The position numbers were made by a program, and so were the translations under genes. The notes beneath the pieces were generated by a model. The model was given only the letters and a program-made list of their open reading frames with translations, was not told the origin of the DNA and did not search any database. From Octopus sinensis (Eukaryota), in NCBI RefSeq assembly GCF_006345805.1, contig NC_043006.1, forward strand, positions 98,766,001 through 98,830,000: a DNA stretch of 64,000 nt, in the 5' to 3' direction. This document shows positions 41,356 to 54,324 of this stretch, piece by piece (the stretch's first letter is position 1; each line of letters begins with the position of its first letter).

Positions 41356-42326
41356 GCCCCTACTACTACTACTACTACCCCTACTACTACTACTACTACT
41401 ACTACTACCACTACTACTACTACTAAAGAGTATTTATATAGCTGGTAAGCCAAATTTGTGATCATGAACATCGTTACCATCATCACCATCACAATTTAGT
41501 AAGTTACAAATAATTAATTTCAATTCACTGCTACAAGGATGCATACCTATCTACTATTCCAAAATCTACATTGACACCGCGTCAGGGTTTCTTTCTCACT
41601 CACTCTTTCTCTCTTTCTGTTTTCGTCTCTGAAGAAAACTTAGAAGGAATATGATTGTATTCTAAAAATACATTCACACGTTGGTTTTGTACAGCGTAAA
41701 ATTCATCTTTGTGTTTCTGATTCACATTGTATATTACACCGAATATATTTTGTGATAATATTGGCAAGCCATACAACCACTTCATGTACAGCTTAGATGT
41801 GTGTCTGCTTTATCTATTACAGTTTTATTTACTATCGACCGCAGAAGAAAACTAATTTCTGAGGAGCGGTCAACACATTGATAAATTGTCTAGCAGAGGC
41901 TTTGAGTTTTTTTTTTCCGGACGTCGAAAGTATGAATGAGTTTACATTTATATAACGTCTCAAACACAAAAGCTTTCGTATATATGGTGAGTGTGTGTGT
42001 ATGCGTGTCTGCATGTTTGCGCGCGCGCGTGTGTTTGTGCACGCGCTATCGTGTATCTATGTGTGTGTGTGTCTGTGTGTGCACGCTCGCACGTGTGTAT
42101 GAGCTGGAGTGTGCGCGCGACGGCGTGTTTTGAAGTTAGTGTCACACGTCACACTGGAACGGCAAAGAAATATGCGGCAAAATTACAAAAGTAGCATAAT
42201 TAACACTAATAGCTCTATCCCTCATTAGATGTCGAACACCTCACACTTTTAACCTTTTACTTGCTGCTAAATGCAGCAGTGCCAACATTTTAAGTTGCTT
42301 TGGGGCAATGAAAGACAGAGAAACTA

Positions 42327-43616
42327 CGAGGGACGTTCAATAAGTAATGCCTATGACCCACTTCCAGGTGTTTGATCTAGTTGAAATTTTGCCTGTGCAA
42401 TTACTCATATCTCTATAGATTAGGTGGCAAATTACAGCTCTGAACTAATTATGGTTTCTGATTTACAGGTGTTTGAACTGAGTCAAGTGTGAAATGGAGC
42501 CTGTTGAGTGTCGAGCAGTGATCCGGTTTTTGTATTTGAAAGGACGCACACCATGGGAGACTTTTGATGAAATGAAAGTAACTTATGGTGATGATGCCCC
42601 ATCATATGATCTTGTAAAACGCTGGCATCGTGAATTCAAACATGGTCAGAACTCTATGGAAACAGCTCCCAGATCTGGTCGACCCCCTTCTGCCATTGAT
42701 GAGGCATCTGTCCGTCAAGTTGAGGCTGCCATTTTGGAAGATCGACGCATAACTATTCGCCAAATAGCCCATGAGGTCAAGATTAGTACCGGGTCTGTGG
42801 AAACTATCATTCATGACCATTTGCATATGCAAAAAGTGTCTGCCAGATGGATTCCCAGGTTGCTCACACCTTTCCAGAAGCAAGAACGCGTTGAGTGCTC
42901 GAGGATGAATTTGGGGACGTACCAAGAAGATGAGTCAAACTTTTTCAAAAGACTGATTACACAGGATGAAACCTGGGTCCATCACTATGATCCAGAGACC
43001 AAAGCCCAGTCAATGAAGTGGAAGCACCGTGACTCACCTCCTCCAAAGAAGGCAAGGGTGCAGCCCTCCGCTGGCAAGGTCACGCTCACAGTCTTCTGGG
43101 ACCAGGACGGAGTAGTGATGACAGATTTCCTGGCAAAGGGTACCACAATTACAGGAGCCTATTATGCTTCACTTTTGAGGAAATTAAGAGAGGCTATCAA
43201 AATCAAGAGGCGGGGCAAGATCAGCGAAGGCATCCTCCTCCTGCAGGACAATGCTCCGGTCCACAACTCGCGTGTCGCCAGAGCAGAAGCACAGGCGTGC
43301 GGCTATGAACTCCTCCCCACCCCCTACTCTCCTGACCTTGCACCCTCTGATTTTCACCTCTTCCCAGCCATGAAGTTGTTTTTGAAAGGAAAGCATTTCC
43401 CAGATAATGCAGCCTTGATTTCTAAAGTCACGTCGTGGATGGAGGACCAAGCTGGGGTCTTTTACAAAAACGGTCTCCAGAGCTGGATCAAACGATGGGA
43501 GAAATGCGTAACTCTGGGTGCTTCCTATGTAGAAAAAGACCAATAACTGTGCCAAGTTCCGTTGCTCTACTGGTATGGGAAGTGGGTCAGGGGCATTACT
43601 TATTGAACGCCCCTCG
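42327..43616 (+). mobile_element. Full-length mariner transposon (1290 bp), irritans-subfamily-like
   Basis: TIRs CGAGGGACGTTCAATAAGTAATGCC / GGCATTACTTATTGAACGCCCCTCG. TA TSDs at 42325-42326 and 43617-43618. Single long ORF. Confidence 0.96.
42494..43546 (+). CDS. Mariner transposase, 350 aa
   Basis: HTH N-terminus, PRSGRP, WIPRLL linker, ITQDETW, LQDNAPVH, YSPDLAPSDF. Spacing between the second and third catalytic D is 33 residues. Confidence 0.93.
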   Translation: MEPVECRAVIRFLYLKGRTPWETFDEMKVTYGDDAPSYDLVKRWHREFKHGQNSMETAPRSGRPPSAIDEASVRQVEAAILEDRRITIRQIAHEVKISTGSVETIIHDHLHMQKVSARWIPRLLTPFQKQERVECSRMNLGTYQEDESNFFKRLITQDETWVHHYDPETKAQSMKWKHRDSPPPKKARVQPSAGKVTLTVFWDQDGVVMTDFLAKGTTITGAYYASLLRKLREAIKIKRRGKISEGILLLQDNAPVHNSRVARAEAQACGYELLPTPYSPDLAPSDFHLFPAMKLFLKGKHFPDNAALISKVTSWMEDQAGVFYKNGLQSWIKRWEKCVTLGASYVEKDQ

Positions 43617-44205
43617 TAAGAAATATTACAGGTGTTATATACGAGTTGTAAGAACGGGAAAAATACAGAGCAAACAATCGTAAAATCATCTTCATAGAAA
43701 GTCTTTCGAATTGGTAAGAACATTAATGGAAGTAGAGCAAAGCACTAGTAATAAAGAATAGCTTTCACCTCGGGGCGGAGGAATTGTTCCTTTAAATTAA
43801 ACAGAGCACAGTTTTAGAAAAAACATGACTGACACTTGTATGGTTATTTCAAAATTTGCAGCACAAAGATGAGAGAGATGAAATTCTTGTAAAGCTTTGT
43901 GTGAAGTCGGAGAAAGAGCGAAGAGCAGAGGAGTAGAGAGAAGGAGAGATAGGCGGAGAGTGATACATAGAATAGTATGGAGGCATTGAATCACAAATTG
44001 GTAAACAGTGAAAACGAAAAGCGCTAAAAGTCAAATACATAGTGAAACCATAGGAAGGTATAAAGAAGGAACGTATAATTTTAGGTAGGTTTTTCTATTG
44101 ATTTACGATTGGTTCAGTATATATACATATATATGTGCGAATATATACGCCTATACGTGCACACAAATATATACACATGCACACTCACGCTCATCTGTAG
44201 ATGTA

Positions 44206-44255
<50 letters not shown>

Positions 44256-44362
44256 GAAAGTAAGGCATGGTAGAAAATGTAATTTATGATAAAATTATTT
44301 TAGCATTTTCTACCTTGTCTTATTTTGTTTATACATATCAACTCGTGTGTTACTTTCTACCT

Positions 44363-44427
<65 letters not shown>

Positions 44428-44428
<1 letters not shown>

Positions 44429-44644
44429 AATGAAAGAATGGAGTCGAACGAAGATGTTAACAAATTTCCTTTACTCTCGACACATGTTTCGAAGACACCA
44501 TGTTTTCATTCCAAAGGAATAAAGGGTGCATTATGCAATCTTCTCATCAGGAAAGAAAAGGAGCCTCTCTCGATAACAAGACAAACAAAAATTTCGATGA
44601 TTGCCTATGCTGACGATAAACATAGGATAATTCATTCACCTACT

Positions 44645-44645
<1 letters not shown>
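44428..44645 (-). mobile_element. ~215-bp HHR-bearing element inserted in (TA)n
   Basis: Homologous to ~12035-12245, including the shared 3' flank GTTCGACTCCATTCTTT(T)CAT followed by (TA)n. (TA)n on both sides. Confidence 0.82.
44466..44562 (-). ncRNA. Type I hammerhead ribozyme, intact core (paralogue of 12108-12212)
   Basis: Minus strand: stem I tccttttctttc/gagagtaaagga; CTGATGA (44544-44550); stem II gaagat/gtcttc; GAAA (44487-44490); C-ATGT-G; GTC cleavage between 44479 and 44478. Confidence 0.85.
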
Positions 44646-44698
<53 letters not shown>

Positions 44699-47600
44699 CA
44701 TGTATATATAAATGTGTATGTGCGCGTGCGTGCGCGTGTATGTGTGTGTATGTATGTTTGTGTGTGTGTGTGTGTATGTCTGTCTGTGCGTTTGTGTTTT
44801 TGTGTGTATGTGTGAGTTACAATACTCAATATAAACGTATACATCGGTTTACTTCAAAATATTTTGAAATTTCTCCTTCTCAACACGAAACAGATTTTGC
44901 AATAAATAATGATGTAATAGAGTTCCATAATATATGTGTATTCCCTTTATCAATTACATGTTCAATGAATGAGTTAACATCTCAGTTAGTATTCGCTAAG
45001 TATCAAGAAGCAAATATTTAGAAATAACTACGTATCGTGCAGGTATTGATTAGCTATACGAAAAACGATCTCTAGTTTCGATTTTAAAAATTTGTTGATA
45101 TTCAATGGCAATTATATTTATTTATATACTGCGATATTAAATGCTATCGCAACCCTCTTATTAACATATAATTTCTACTATTTCGTGAAATAGATATTTG
45201 GACCAGCAAATATGTCCTTAGAAAGGTTTAGCTTCAATACTTATAATTTCATTAGCGCTATCACTTAATAATTAGTGAGATTGCTATTCTAACGTACCTG
45301 CATGATTGATTGCAGATAGTCCGTGAAGAAATGCTGCAAGTATATATTAAATTTTTGGAATAAAAAGAAATGTTTCATAAATGAACGCTATCGATGTTAC
45401 TACCTCCAACTTAAACAATGCAAATGAAATGAATAATCAGACGGGACTATGTTTCAAATAAATTTTTTATTTGGTTTGAATTATAGGTTGTTCAAACGAA
45501 GTATTTTATAATAATCGACGCTACAGCAAAACGAAGTATTCTAACCGATCTACGATATGTATGAATATTTGAATAGTAATTCACGTATTGCTGATTCAGC
45601 TACGAATTAAATTCTGTCTACGACTTATATAGTGACAAAACTGTCATCAAATTTTCAAGAGAAAAAATCTTCGCTGTATACATTTTGCTATTCAATTAAT
45701 GTATCTTAGATATGGTAAAGAGTGCCTCATTTACATCATGCTCAGCAATATCATCCCCGTTTATTTTTAATGTCTTTACCACTCCAATGGCAACATGACA
45801 GTAGGTTTCCGAAGTAATCTCTGAATATTTCATCTGCATATACGACATGCATCTAATATTACATGCACAAACTACATTGATGCGCATTCTAAATAGATGT
45901 CTGTCATTTTGTATTGAATCTGACCAAACTACTGACATTTTAGATATTTATTTCTCCGTATTATTAAGTAAGCTGATGTCCCATTAAATCATAACTCTGT
46001 CATGAATAATTGTTTTCTTTTCAATGGAAATTCTTCTTCATATTCTACATGAGCTTGCATATTATTGAATGACAAGTGATCAAATTATTAGGTAAGTTAT
46101 GCAACACAACTGAGCAAAGAGTTACATAATATGAAGTTAAGTGTGGAGGTGAATTATTAGTTAATAAAATCTGAAATTAGAGGAAGCACTTAATAATCTA
46201 TGTCGGTAAAGTTTAATCCATAGTGTCTCCGATAAATTGAGTAACTGTGAGTTGTGGAAGAATATAAAGTTTTGTACTCTTGAACTTCTTGAGGTACAAA
46301 ATTGCAGGGGAAAATCCACTAAAGTGAATGATTGGATGATGTAGAGGAGGAAAAGGGTAATAGTGGTACGTGATCGACAGCAATGTGAGTACTATTTAGT
46401 GAGAGATTAAATAATGCGTGAAGGTAGAGTTGGAAAAAGAGACGGAGTTTACACGAAGTACAGGTTAATTATAAGATGGGTGTGGGAAGGCACAGATAAG
46501 GTGGGAGGAGATAAGTAGGAATGTAGGTAAGTAGCAAAGTGTGACAACATAAACCATCAACGGTGGTTCACGAGCACAAATGCTGGCATAAATTAGAACC
46601 ATTTTTAGAGGTTATTGCTATGGCCTGGTCCCGGATGAAGAATTCGCTGTTTTAATTTTAGATTAATTTGAGCACTAGGACTGGATTTCTATACAGAGTA
46701 TATCTATCTTTCACCTAATATCTATATATTTTCCTTTTGTTTTTATCTATCCATTACTTTATAGATCCGTGTGTACATGTGTGTTTGAGATTGCATGTGT
46801 ATATATACGTGCGTGAGGGAATAGTGATTATGAGCTGTATTATTTGAATACCTATAAGTATGTTGGATTATACACTATTTATGAAACTTTATATGAGATC
46901 AAGTTTGAAACAATGTAATGAAAGCTAAATTCCTTTAACGAAGCATGTAAGGCATCAGCAATTTTGTAAATTTTATAAATAAATCCCAAAGACTTTTGCA
47001 ATAAGAACTGTGCTTTTCAATTTCTGCCGAGTCTGGCTTAATTTTTTATCATTTAGGGGTCGATAAAATAAGTGTCAGTTGATCATTGAAGTCTTTATAA
47101 TCAATTAATCTTCTCCCCAAAACCGCTACCCCTTGGAGCAATTATTTCCTCATTGGCCATGGACTTCAATAAGTTGGTTTACTTGTAGAGGTGAAAAGCT
47201 ATAAATGTTTTGGTTAATTGTTCTTATTCACGACGAAAGAATAGTATATATATCCTTTCAAATTTTTCACAAAACGGTGAATGTGAAGTGAAAGATAGAT
47301 ATCAGCAAATTAGACGGTTTCGATCTGATTCGAGAGGCATAGAAATTAGTGACTGCTAATTTGAATGTTGTAAGATGGATATTGAAATGGCTAAAATTAA
47401 TCTAGGTCCAAACTTTGCTACTTGGTTCACAAAGGGTGTATAAACAAAGTCATTCACTTCATTTCCTACAATATAATTGAGTATATAAAATAAGTGAAGT
47501 GGATGAAATTAAGAAATGTGGATAAAAACGATTAACTGCAACTTGTGGTGCCATTCCTAATCTTCACATCGGGAATCTCTGCACCCCACAAATACGAACA

Positions 47601-48143
47601 GAAGTGCTGATTCTTCGTTCCGTATACACATTCTATGCTACTAATATATCTAACGTATAGTAGTCCGTATGGGATTTTTTTTCTGCGTACGCTACATAAA
47701 CGACTTCCATTATTACATCTGACACATAGGTGGCGAGCTGGTTGAATAGTTAGCACGCAGGGCAAAATGCTTTGTGGCATTTCGTCCGTCTTCGCGTTTT
47801 AAGTCCACATAGGAAAATAAGTAGTGAATTAGATGCGTCTATTTACACCTTTAACTTTACGCGTGAGTGAACCGTAAACGTTCCTCTTCAAGCGAAATTA
47901 AATATGCTCACCATAAACCCATAATGTTTTGCATTCCTTCTTTGTTCCTATACTTCATTCATAAACAACCATTTCCATTGTTTGCTATACAACACTAAAT
48001 TTCCAGTCACATACACATATATGAATCTTTCATCTACCAAAAAGGAAAAAAAGGAAACAAACACAAGAAACATTACAGTGGCCGAACAAAATCAGTGTTT
48101 AAAATTGCTATCAAATATAATCTTGTAAAACTCACTTAAAACA

Positions 48144-48639
48144 CCGTAAATCCTCGAGTATAATCCGCATTTTCCCCCCAAAATTTAAAGGTCAAAATCC
48201 CTAGGTTAAAAATGAAAAATATTTTCTAGACAATGTCTCTATTTGCTGTCCGGCAATGTTTCTTCAGACACATTTTGTGATATCGGGCGCGAAAATAACT
48301 TAAGCTAAACCTGAAAGCAATTAACCCATAAAAGAATCACCCATGACTAGCAGTAAGCAACATTTATGAAACTAAAGGTGTTTAGAACACAGAATAACAT
48401 GCAACAAAAACAATTTGCAAATATATTTACATTCCCATATAACAGTTAAGAACATTACTATTATTGTATTACGCATGCACGGAAGTGCTTGTTCGATTGG
48501 GTGATGTTGGCTGAATTACGCACGACACATGTTAGAGAAGGGGTGCTTATACACAAGGTTTAGGCTTTTCAGAGGTACAGCCCCCTAAAAATACCCTTCG
48601 TATTATACTCAAGGGCGGATTATACTTGAGGATTTACGG
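48144..48639. mobile_element. 496-bp Tc1/mariner-superfamily (Tc2/pogo-like) MITE
   Basis: TIRs CCGTAAATCCTCGAGTATAATCCGC / GCGGATTATACTTGAGGATTTACGG. TA on the right flank, CA on the left. Confidence 0.8.
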
Positions 48640-48747
48640 TATACGCTCCTTTTAACTGGAGAAGTACAATGTACTTCTTCAGTTAAACATTTCTGGAGAA
48701 GTAGAAAGTAATTCTCGAGTTAAATGTTAAAGTTCGAGGAGAAACTA

Positions 48748-49505
48748 TGCTAATCGTCAGGCATTTTCAAGCTGAATAACAGAAGTTGATTGTTATTACC
48801 GTAAGCTGGGATACGACTGGTAGAAGAAGATTACGTGGTATCGTACTTTGATGTTGATATAGTTAGTTGGAAAATACAGCATAATGAACAGGAAATTGAC
48901 CACGTGGAGGACAGGAATTCCCCAACGTTTTGTTTTGTGCGTTTATACTCACGTACGTGCACGCCAATGCACATGTGCACACGCACGCGTGCGTCCACGC
49001 TGATATGCATGCGTACATATATGAGAATATACATATGTACATATGAATGAATACGTATGTGTGTGTGTATACTCGTATGCTTGTGCACGTGCGCGTATGC
49101 GCGTGTGTGTGCGAAAGCGCGCGTACGTGTTCGTTTAGCGTATATGGCTCTGTGTGCGCATATGCATGCGCATCCATCTACAGATGCGCACGCTCACATA
49201 AATACATATATACACACAAAACCATATGAGCACGACTACACACCTGCCCTATAATTTGCACATGCCGCCCCTTCTTACTTCCCTCAACAACCCAACCGAT
49301 TTCTTAATCACCATGTGGTCTACTTTCTTTGCTCCATGTGGTCAATTTCCTGTTCACCATGCAGTATTTTCCAACTAACTATACCAACATCAAATCACGA
49401 CACCACGTGAGCTTCTTCAATCAATTGTATCCCACCTTACAGTAATAACAATCAACTTCTATCATTCAAATTCAAAATGGCTGACGATTAGCATCACGCT
49501 TGAAA
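48748..49505. repeat. Diverged inverted repeat (~160-bp arms) with CTGACGA motif at the outer ends
   Basis: 48748-48909 is the diverged reverse complement of 49332-49493. A cryptic (GT) simple sequence lies between the arms. Confidence 0.8.
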
Positions 49506-49602
49506 CTGAAGAGAACCAACGAATTGAATCAGACTGTTTTGATCCATACATGATTCTTACAAGAAACTTGTTGAGTACGCTTCTTTCATCTGTTCACCCA
49601 GT

Positions 49603-49649
<47 letters not shown>

Positions 49650-49653
<4 letters not shown>

Positions 49654-50007
49654 GCAGGTGTGGCTGTGTGGTAAGTAGCTTACTTACCAACCACATGGTT
49701 CCGGGTTCAGTCCCACTGCGTGCCACCTTGGGCATGTGTTTTGTACTATAGCCTCGGTCCGAGCAAAGACTTGTGAGTGGATTTGGTAGACGGAAACTGA
49801 AAGAAGTCACTGGTATATATGTATATGTGTATATGTTTGTGTGTCTGTACATGTCCCCAAACATCGCTTGACAACCGATGGTGATGTGTTTACGTCCCCG
49901 TAACATAGCGGTTCGGCAAAAGAGACCGACAGAATAAGTACCAGGCTTACAAAGAATAAGTCCTGGCCGCAGTCAAATGACTGAAACTAGTAAAACAGTA
50001 AAGAGTA
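49650..50007 (+). mobile_element. SINE family A (internally deleted near the 3' end)
   Basis: Homologue of 7409-7858. Confidence 0.88.
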
Positions 50008-51280
50008 TATGCGCGTAAGCACTCATAATTGTGCTTGTATGCGCATGTGTGTGTATTTATATACGCACAAATCCGCATGGAATCTGCGCACTTCACATAA
50101 AACATTACCAAATATAAGCGTTAAACAAGGAACATTCCAAAAACCATTCTGCGAAATTGATAATCTGGTCGCGCTCTTCATACTATTTAGATAAATTTCC
50201 ATCTGTTTACAGCTGGCATTGCTTTCCTTTCTTGGTCACTATGTTCTGCAATCGACGCAAACATCTCTTTTGTTTAAGAAATTTGCACAAAATCTTGTTG
50301 ATTAATGTATACTTGTCAGTGAATTGAACACCATCACAAGAGATATGGCAAATCGCCTAAAAGGAAAAGACTGTTGAAAATTGCAATATACATCTCTAAT
50401 AATCATATATCAGGTTTATGTTACTATACTTGTCAAATTAGCTTTGCTCACGTCATCTCGCTATATTATTCCCTTAGCAACAAAATGACTACTATAGACA
50501 CTACATTTTGCCACATTAAACTATAAATAACAATATTTTAGATTATTAATAAGTGTGGCTCCTCATTGAATTGATCCAGGTCAGCATATTTTTCTACATT
50601 TCAGTAATAAAATAAACATTTACTTAACAATAGAATTCCCATTAATCTAATATATTGCGAAAGAAGTGCCCGAAGACCAGAATAGATGTGTTATTATAAG
50701 TTTAAAGAAGAGCAGAGAAAAGAAGACTTAGTCATCGGCAAAATGGTTTACGTTTCATGTAATTTATGTTATTTTGCTTTTTAACTTTACTCCACATGCT
50801 GCTCGTTAAATATCTGGAGTATAATGTGTTATAAAAACGATTTCCACCGCACATATTAGTATAGTTTTATGCAACGCCATAACGCTTTTATGTATATACA
50901 CAGAATCATTCATATGTATAGCGTAAACTACTAACATGACACAACCAACGTGCATACGCATCGATCTATCTGTCTCTCTTTCTATTGTCTATAAGATAGA
51001 TCTAGATAAGTAGATCTCTCTCTCTCTCCTTATCTGTATATATATTTATGCATGTATATATATATATATGTGTGTGTGTGTGTGGTGTGTGTGTGTGTAT
51101 GGGTGTGCGTGTGCGTGTATGTGTGTGTGTGTGCGTGTGTGTGTATGTGTATATGTATATACATCCATATATAGATACGCACCTACGCACCTATATACAT
51201 ATATACAAATATACGTGCGTGTATATAACAAATGTGAGAATACGAAAATGGAATTAACGTCTATACACAAGTTTTAACTA

Positions 51281-51320
<40 letters not shown>

Positions 51321-51368
51321 TATATATGCATGTATGTATGTAAATATATAATATATATTTGAAGAAAA

Positions 51369-52192
51369 AAGAACAAAAACCAAATCAAGACGAGTATCTG
51401 AAATCCTTCAGAATATCTAATTAGAATAAGGTGAATTTGAAGTAATTAATTAATTATTGGATGTCTATCAGCTGTGTCTGGGGTACACCAAGTGATCGAT
51501 TAGCATTTCCATACACTGGGTATGCTGTCATCAGAGACAACGTGAGTATGTATGAATGGTCTTGTCAAGGGATTCACAGATTATAAAGGAATAAAATAAT
51601 ACACAAAAGAATAAATAGTAAAGCAGTAGATAGAAGTATACTGACATGAGAATAAAGTTCGCAGCTCATCTTATTCCGAAGGGTATGGAGGTTGGTGCTA
51701 AAGTAAAATCACAGGTGAATACAGGCAGTATTTTCAAAGTTCCGTTCATGTTGGTGGACTTAGCTAAGCACTTAATGTATTCCTTCAACATGAATGCAAC
51801 ATTCAAAATACTGCCAAAATATTGCCTGGATTTGCCTGGGATTATAATTAAGGATCTGATACCTTCACGCATGTACGGACCAAACTCCAAACCCTCTGGA
51901 ATAAGATGAGTTGGGGACTTTATTCTCCAGTCTGCATTCCTCTCTCTTCTGTTTTACTGTTTAATCTTCCATCTAATATAAACTGTGAACTCCCTGCCTA
52001 GAACTTTCATACATACTCACCTTATCTCTGATGACGGAATGCCCAGCGTATGGAGGTGCTAACCTATCACTTAGGGTATCCCAGAAACAGCAGTTAGATA
52101 TCCAATAATTAATTGATAACTTTAAATTCACCTTACTCTAATTAAACATTCTAAATGATTTGAGATACTCGTCCTGTCTTGGTTTTTGTTGT
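51369..52192. repeat. Large diverged inverted repeat (~320-bp arms, ~180-bp spacer), pLTR-like
   Basis: 51369-51698 is the diverged reverse complement of 51877-52192. CTGATGA occurs in both arms, pointing outward. Confidence 0.88.
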
Positions 52193-52366
52193 CTTGTATC
52201 CTCTAATATATACCTGATAACTCGGACGCCTGATACGAATCCCTACATCCAGCCTCAGCTGTGAACTTGGAACCTAATGGATAACCAATTATAACACCCA
52301 CAGAGAATACCTATTCGTTTAGATCACCAGTCAACTATACTCCTCATATGCTATATATATATATAT

Positions 52367-52594
52367 GCTCTTTACTCTCTTTTACTTTTTTACTTGCTTC
52401 AGTCATTTGACTGCGGCCATGCTGGAGCACCGCCTTTAGTCGAGCAAATCGACCCCGGGAGTTATTCTTTGTAAGCCCAGTACTTATTCTATCGGTTTCT
52501 TTTTGCCGAACCGCTAAGTGACGGGGACGTAAACACACCAGCATCGGTTGTCAAGCAATGCTAGGGGGACAAACACAGACACACAAACACACAC

Positions 52595-52653
<59 letters not shown>

Positions 52654-52816
52654 TACGACAGGCTTCTTTCAGTTTCCGTCTACCAAATCCACTCACAAAG
52701 CATTGGTCGGCCCGGGGCTATAGCAGAAGACACTTGCCCTAGAAGCCACGCAGTAGGACTGAACCCGGAACCATGTGGTTTGCTAGCAAGCTACTCACAA
52801 CACAGCCACTCCTGCG

Positions 52817-52819
<3 letters not shown>
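52367..52819 (-). mobile_element. SINE family A
   Basis: Full-length homologue of 7409-7858. Confidence 0.9.
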
Positions 52820-52874
<55 letters not shown>

Positions 52875-52890
52875 TATAGATATCAAAAAA

Positions 52891-53750
52891 GAATTTCCAA
52901 GTTAGTGTAGTACAATTGTTTCATGCTACTTCATTTTATTAAACACTGTAAATATTACTTCAGTTTTAAAATGTCGAACAATTTTTTTTTGCACAGTTTG
53001 TAAATATTGTCTAGCTTATTATTTTAACTTAACTCATTAATAAAATAAATCACGACTTACTAACTAACTATGATTCTATATTAATAGAAATGGATATATA
53101 TAAATTTATATCAATATGAAATGCTTTTTATATTTTCTATCCCTATATAAGATACTAAAATTTATTAGAATCCTTTGGAAAATTATCTAAAGGATATTTA
53201 TTTAAAATTCACAATATAGAATTTGGCTGTTAAATGGTAAGGGACAGTGAAAACCTCTAGAGCATTAGTAGTCTCTATTCTCCCTACCCCACTAACTTCA
53301 GCCTACTAGCTTTTGCTATAATACATTCAAATATGTCTAAGCTAAATTCTTCAAAATGAGGATGGAATTATGGTTTTGACATTTGTACTACCCCTTCCTC
53401 TATCTATAAATAGAAAAAAATCTTGTTTCTCTCCATTGAACGAAGAATAGAAACACCCTCTCCACTGATAGATCTACATAACAAAGTGAACTCAGTGATA
53501 AAAATTCTACAGAGAATAACATACTACCACCATGTTCTTAATGATGAAATTAATCTCTCTGTCTATATATCTACCCTCTTTGTACTGTTGTCAAATGAAA
53601 TAAGTATAAGAACTTCATTGTCCGTTTAATTGCAAAAATCTATATGTGGCTGAAGATTGCTCGACGCTTTAAAACTTGATGTAATACTTACAATGTTTAA
53701 TAAAGTGAAGTAGCATGAAACAATTGTACTACACTACCTTTGGATATCCT
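52891..53750. mobile_element. Element with ~90-bp inverted termini that overlap an HHR (inverted pLTR-like)
   Basis: 52891-52982 is the diverged reverse complement of 53657-53750. Adjacent to (TA)n. Confidence 0.75.
53645..53733 (+). ncRNA. Type I hammerhead ribozyme motif with large stem II insert
   Basis: Stem I TGTGG/CTACA; CTGAAGA 53650-53656; stem II (t)tgct/agca(t); GAAA 53717-53720; palindromic C-AATT-G; GTA cleavage after 53728. Confidence 0.7.
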
Positions 53751-53877
53751 TGTTGCTTATTTTAATTATAATCACCCCATTTGATTTATATTGATAATGC
53801 CATACAAAATTCTGGTGCCTTTAACTTAAGTACCATATTCATCTGAATCTAAATTTTGATGAAATATATATATATAT

Positions 53878-53985
53878 ATCATCATTATCATCATCGTTTA
53901 GCGTCCGCTTTCCATGCTAGCATGGGTTGGACGGTTCAACTGGGGTCTGGGAAGACAGAAGACTGCACCAGGCCCAGTTTGATCA
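53878..53985 (-). mobile_element. RTE-type LINE/SINE 3' tail fragment ending in (GAT)n
   Basis: CATCATCATCGTTTAGCGTCCGCTTTCCATGCTAGCATGGGTTGGACGG on the plus strand, a typical microsatellite-tailed RTE 3' end. Confidence 0.6.
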
Positions 53986-53996
53986 GTTTGATATAT

Positions 53997-54030
<34 letters not shown>

Positions 54031-54324
54031 CATGCATACACATAGATATGTTATTAGGGTAGATAGATAGAAAGACAAATAGAGAGGGTGATAGATAAAT
54101 AAACTGAAATTGAGAAAGAGAGAGAGACATGAACTGAAGGTACAGCATCACGTAACGCTTCAGAATTATTTTATATGTTTATTGTTTACGTGAAACAAGA
54201 GTATTTATGGACGTATACACTTGAAACGTAACATGGAATCTGAAGCACTGAAATTGATATAAGCAGAATGCTATAGCATGAAGGATTGTTAGACGGTCTT
54301 GGAATCGTGTCCAAATGATCCCTA

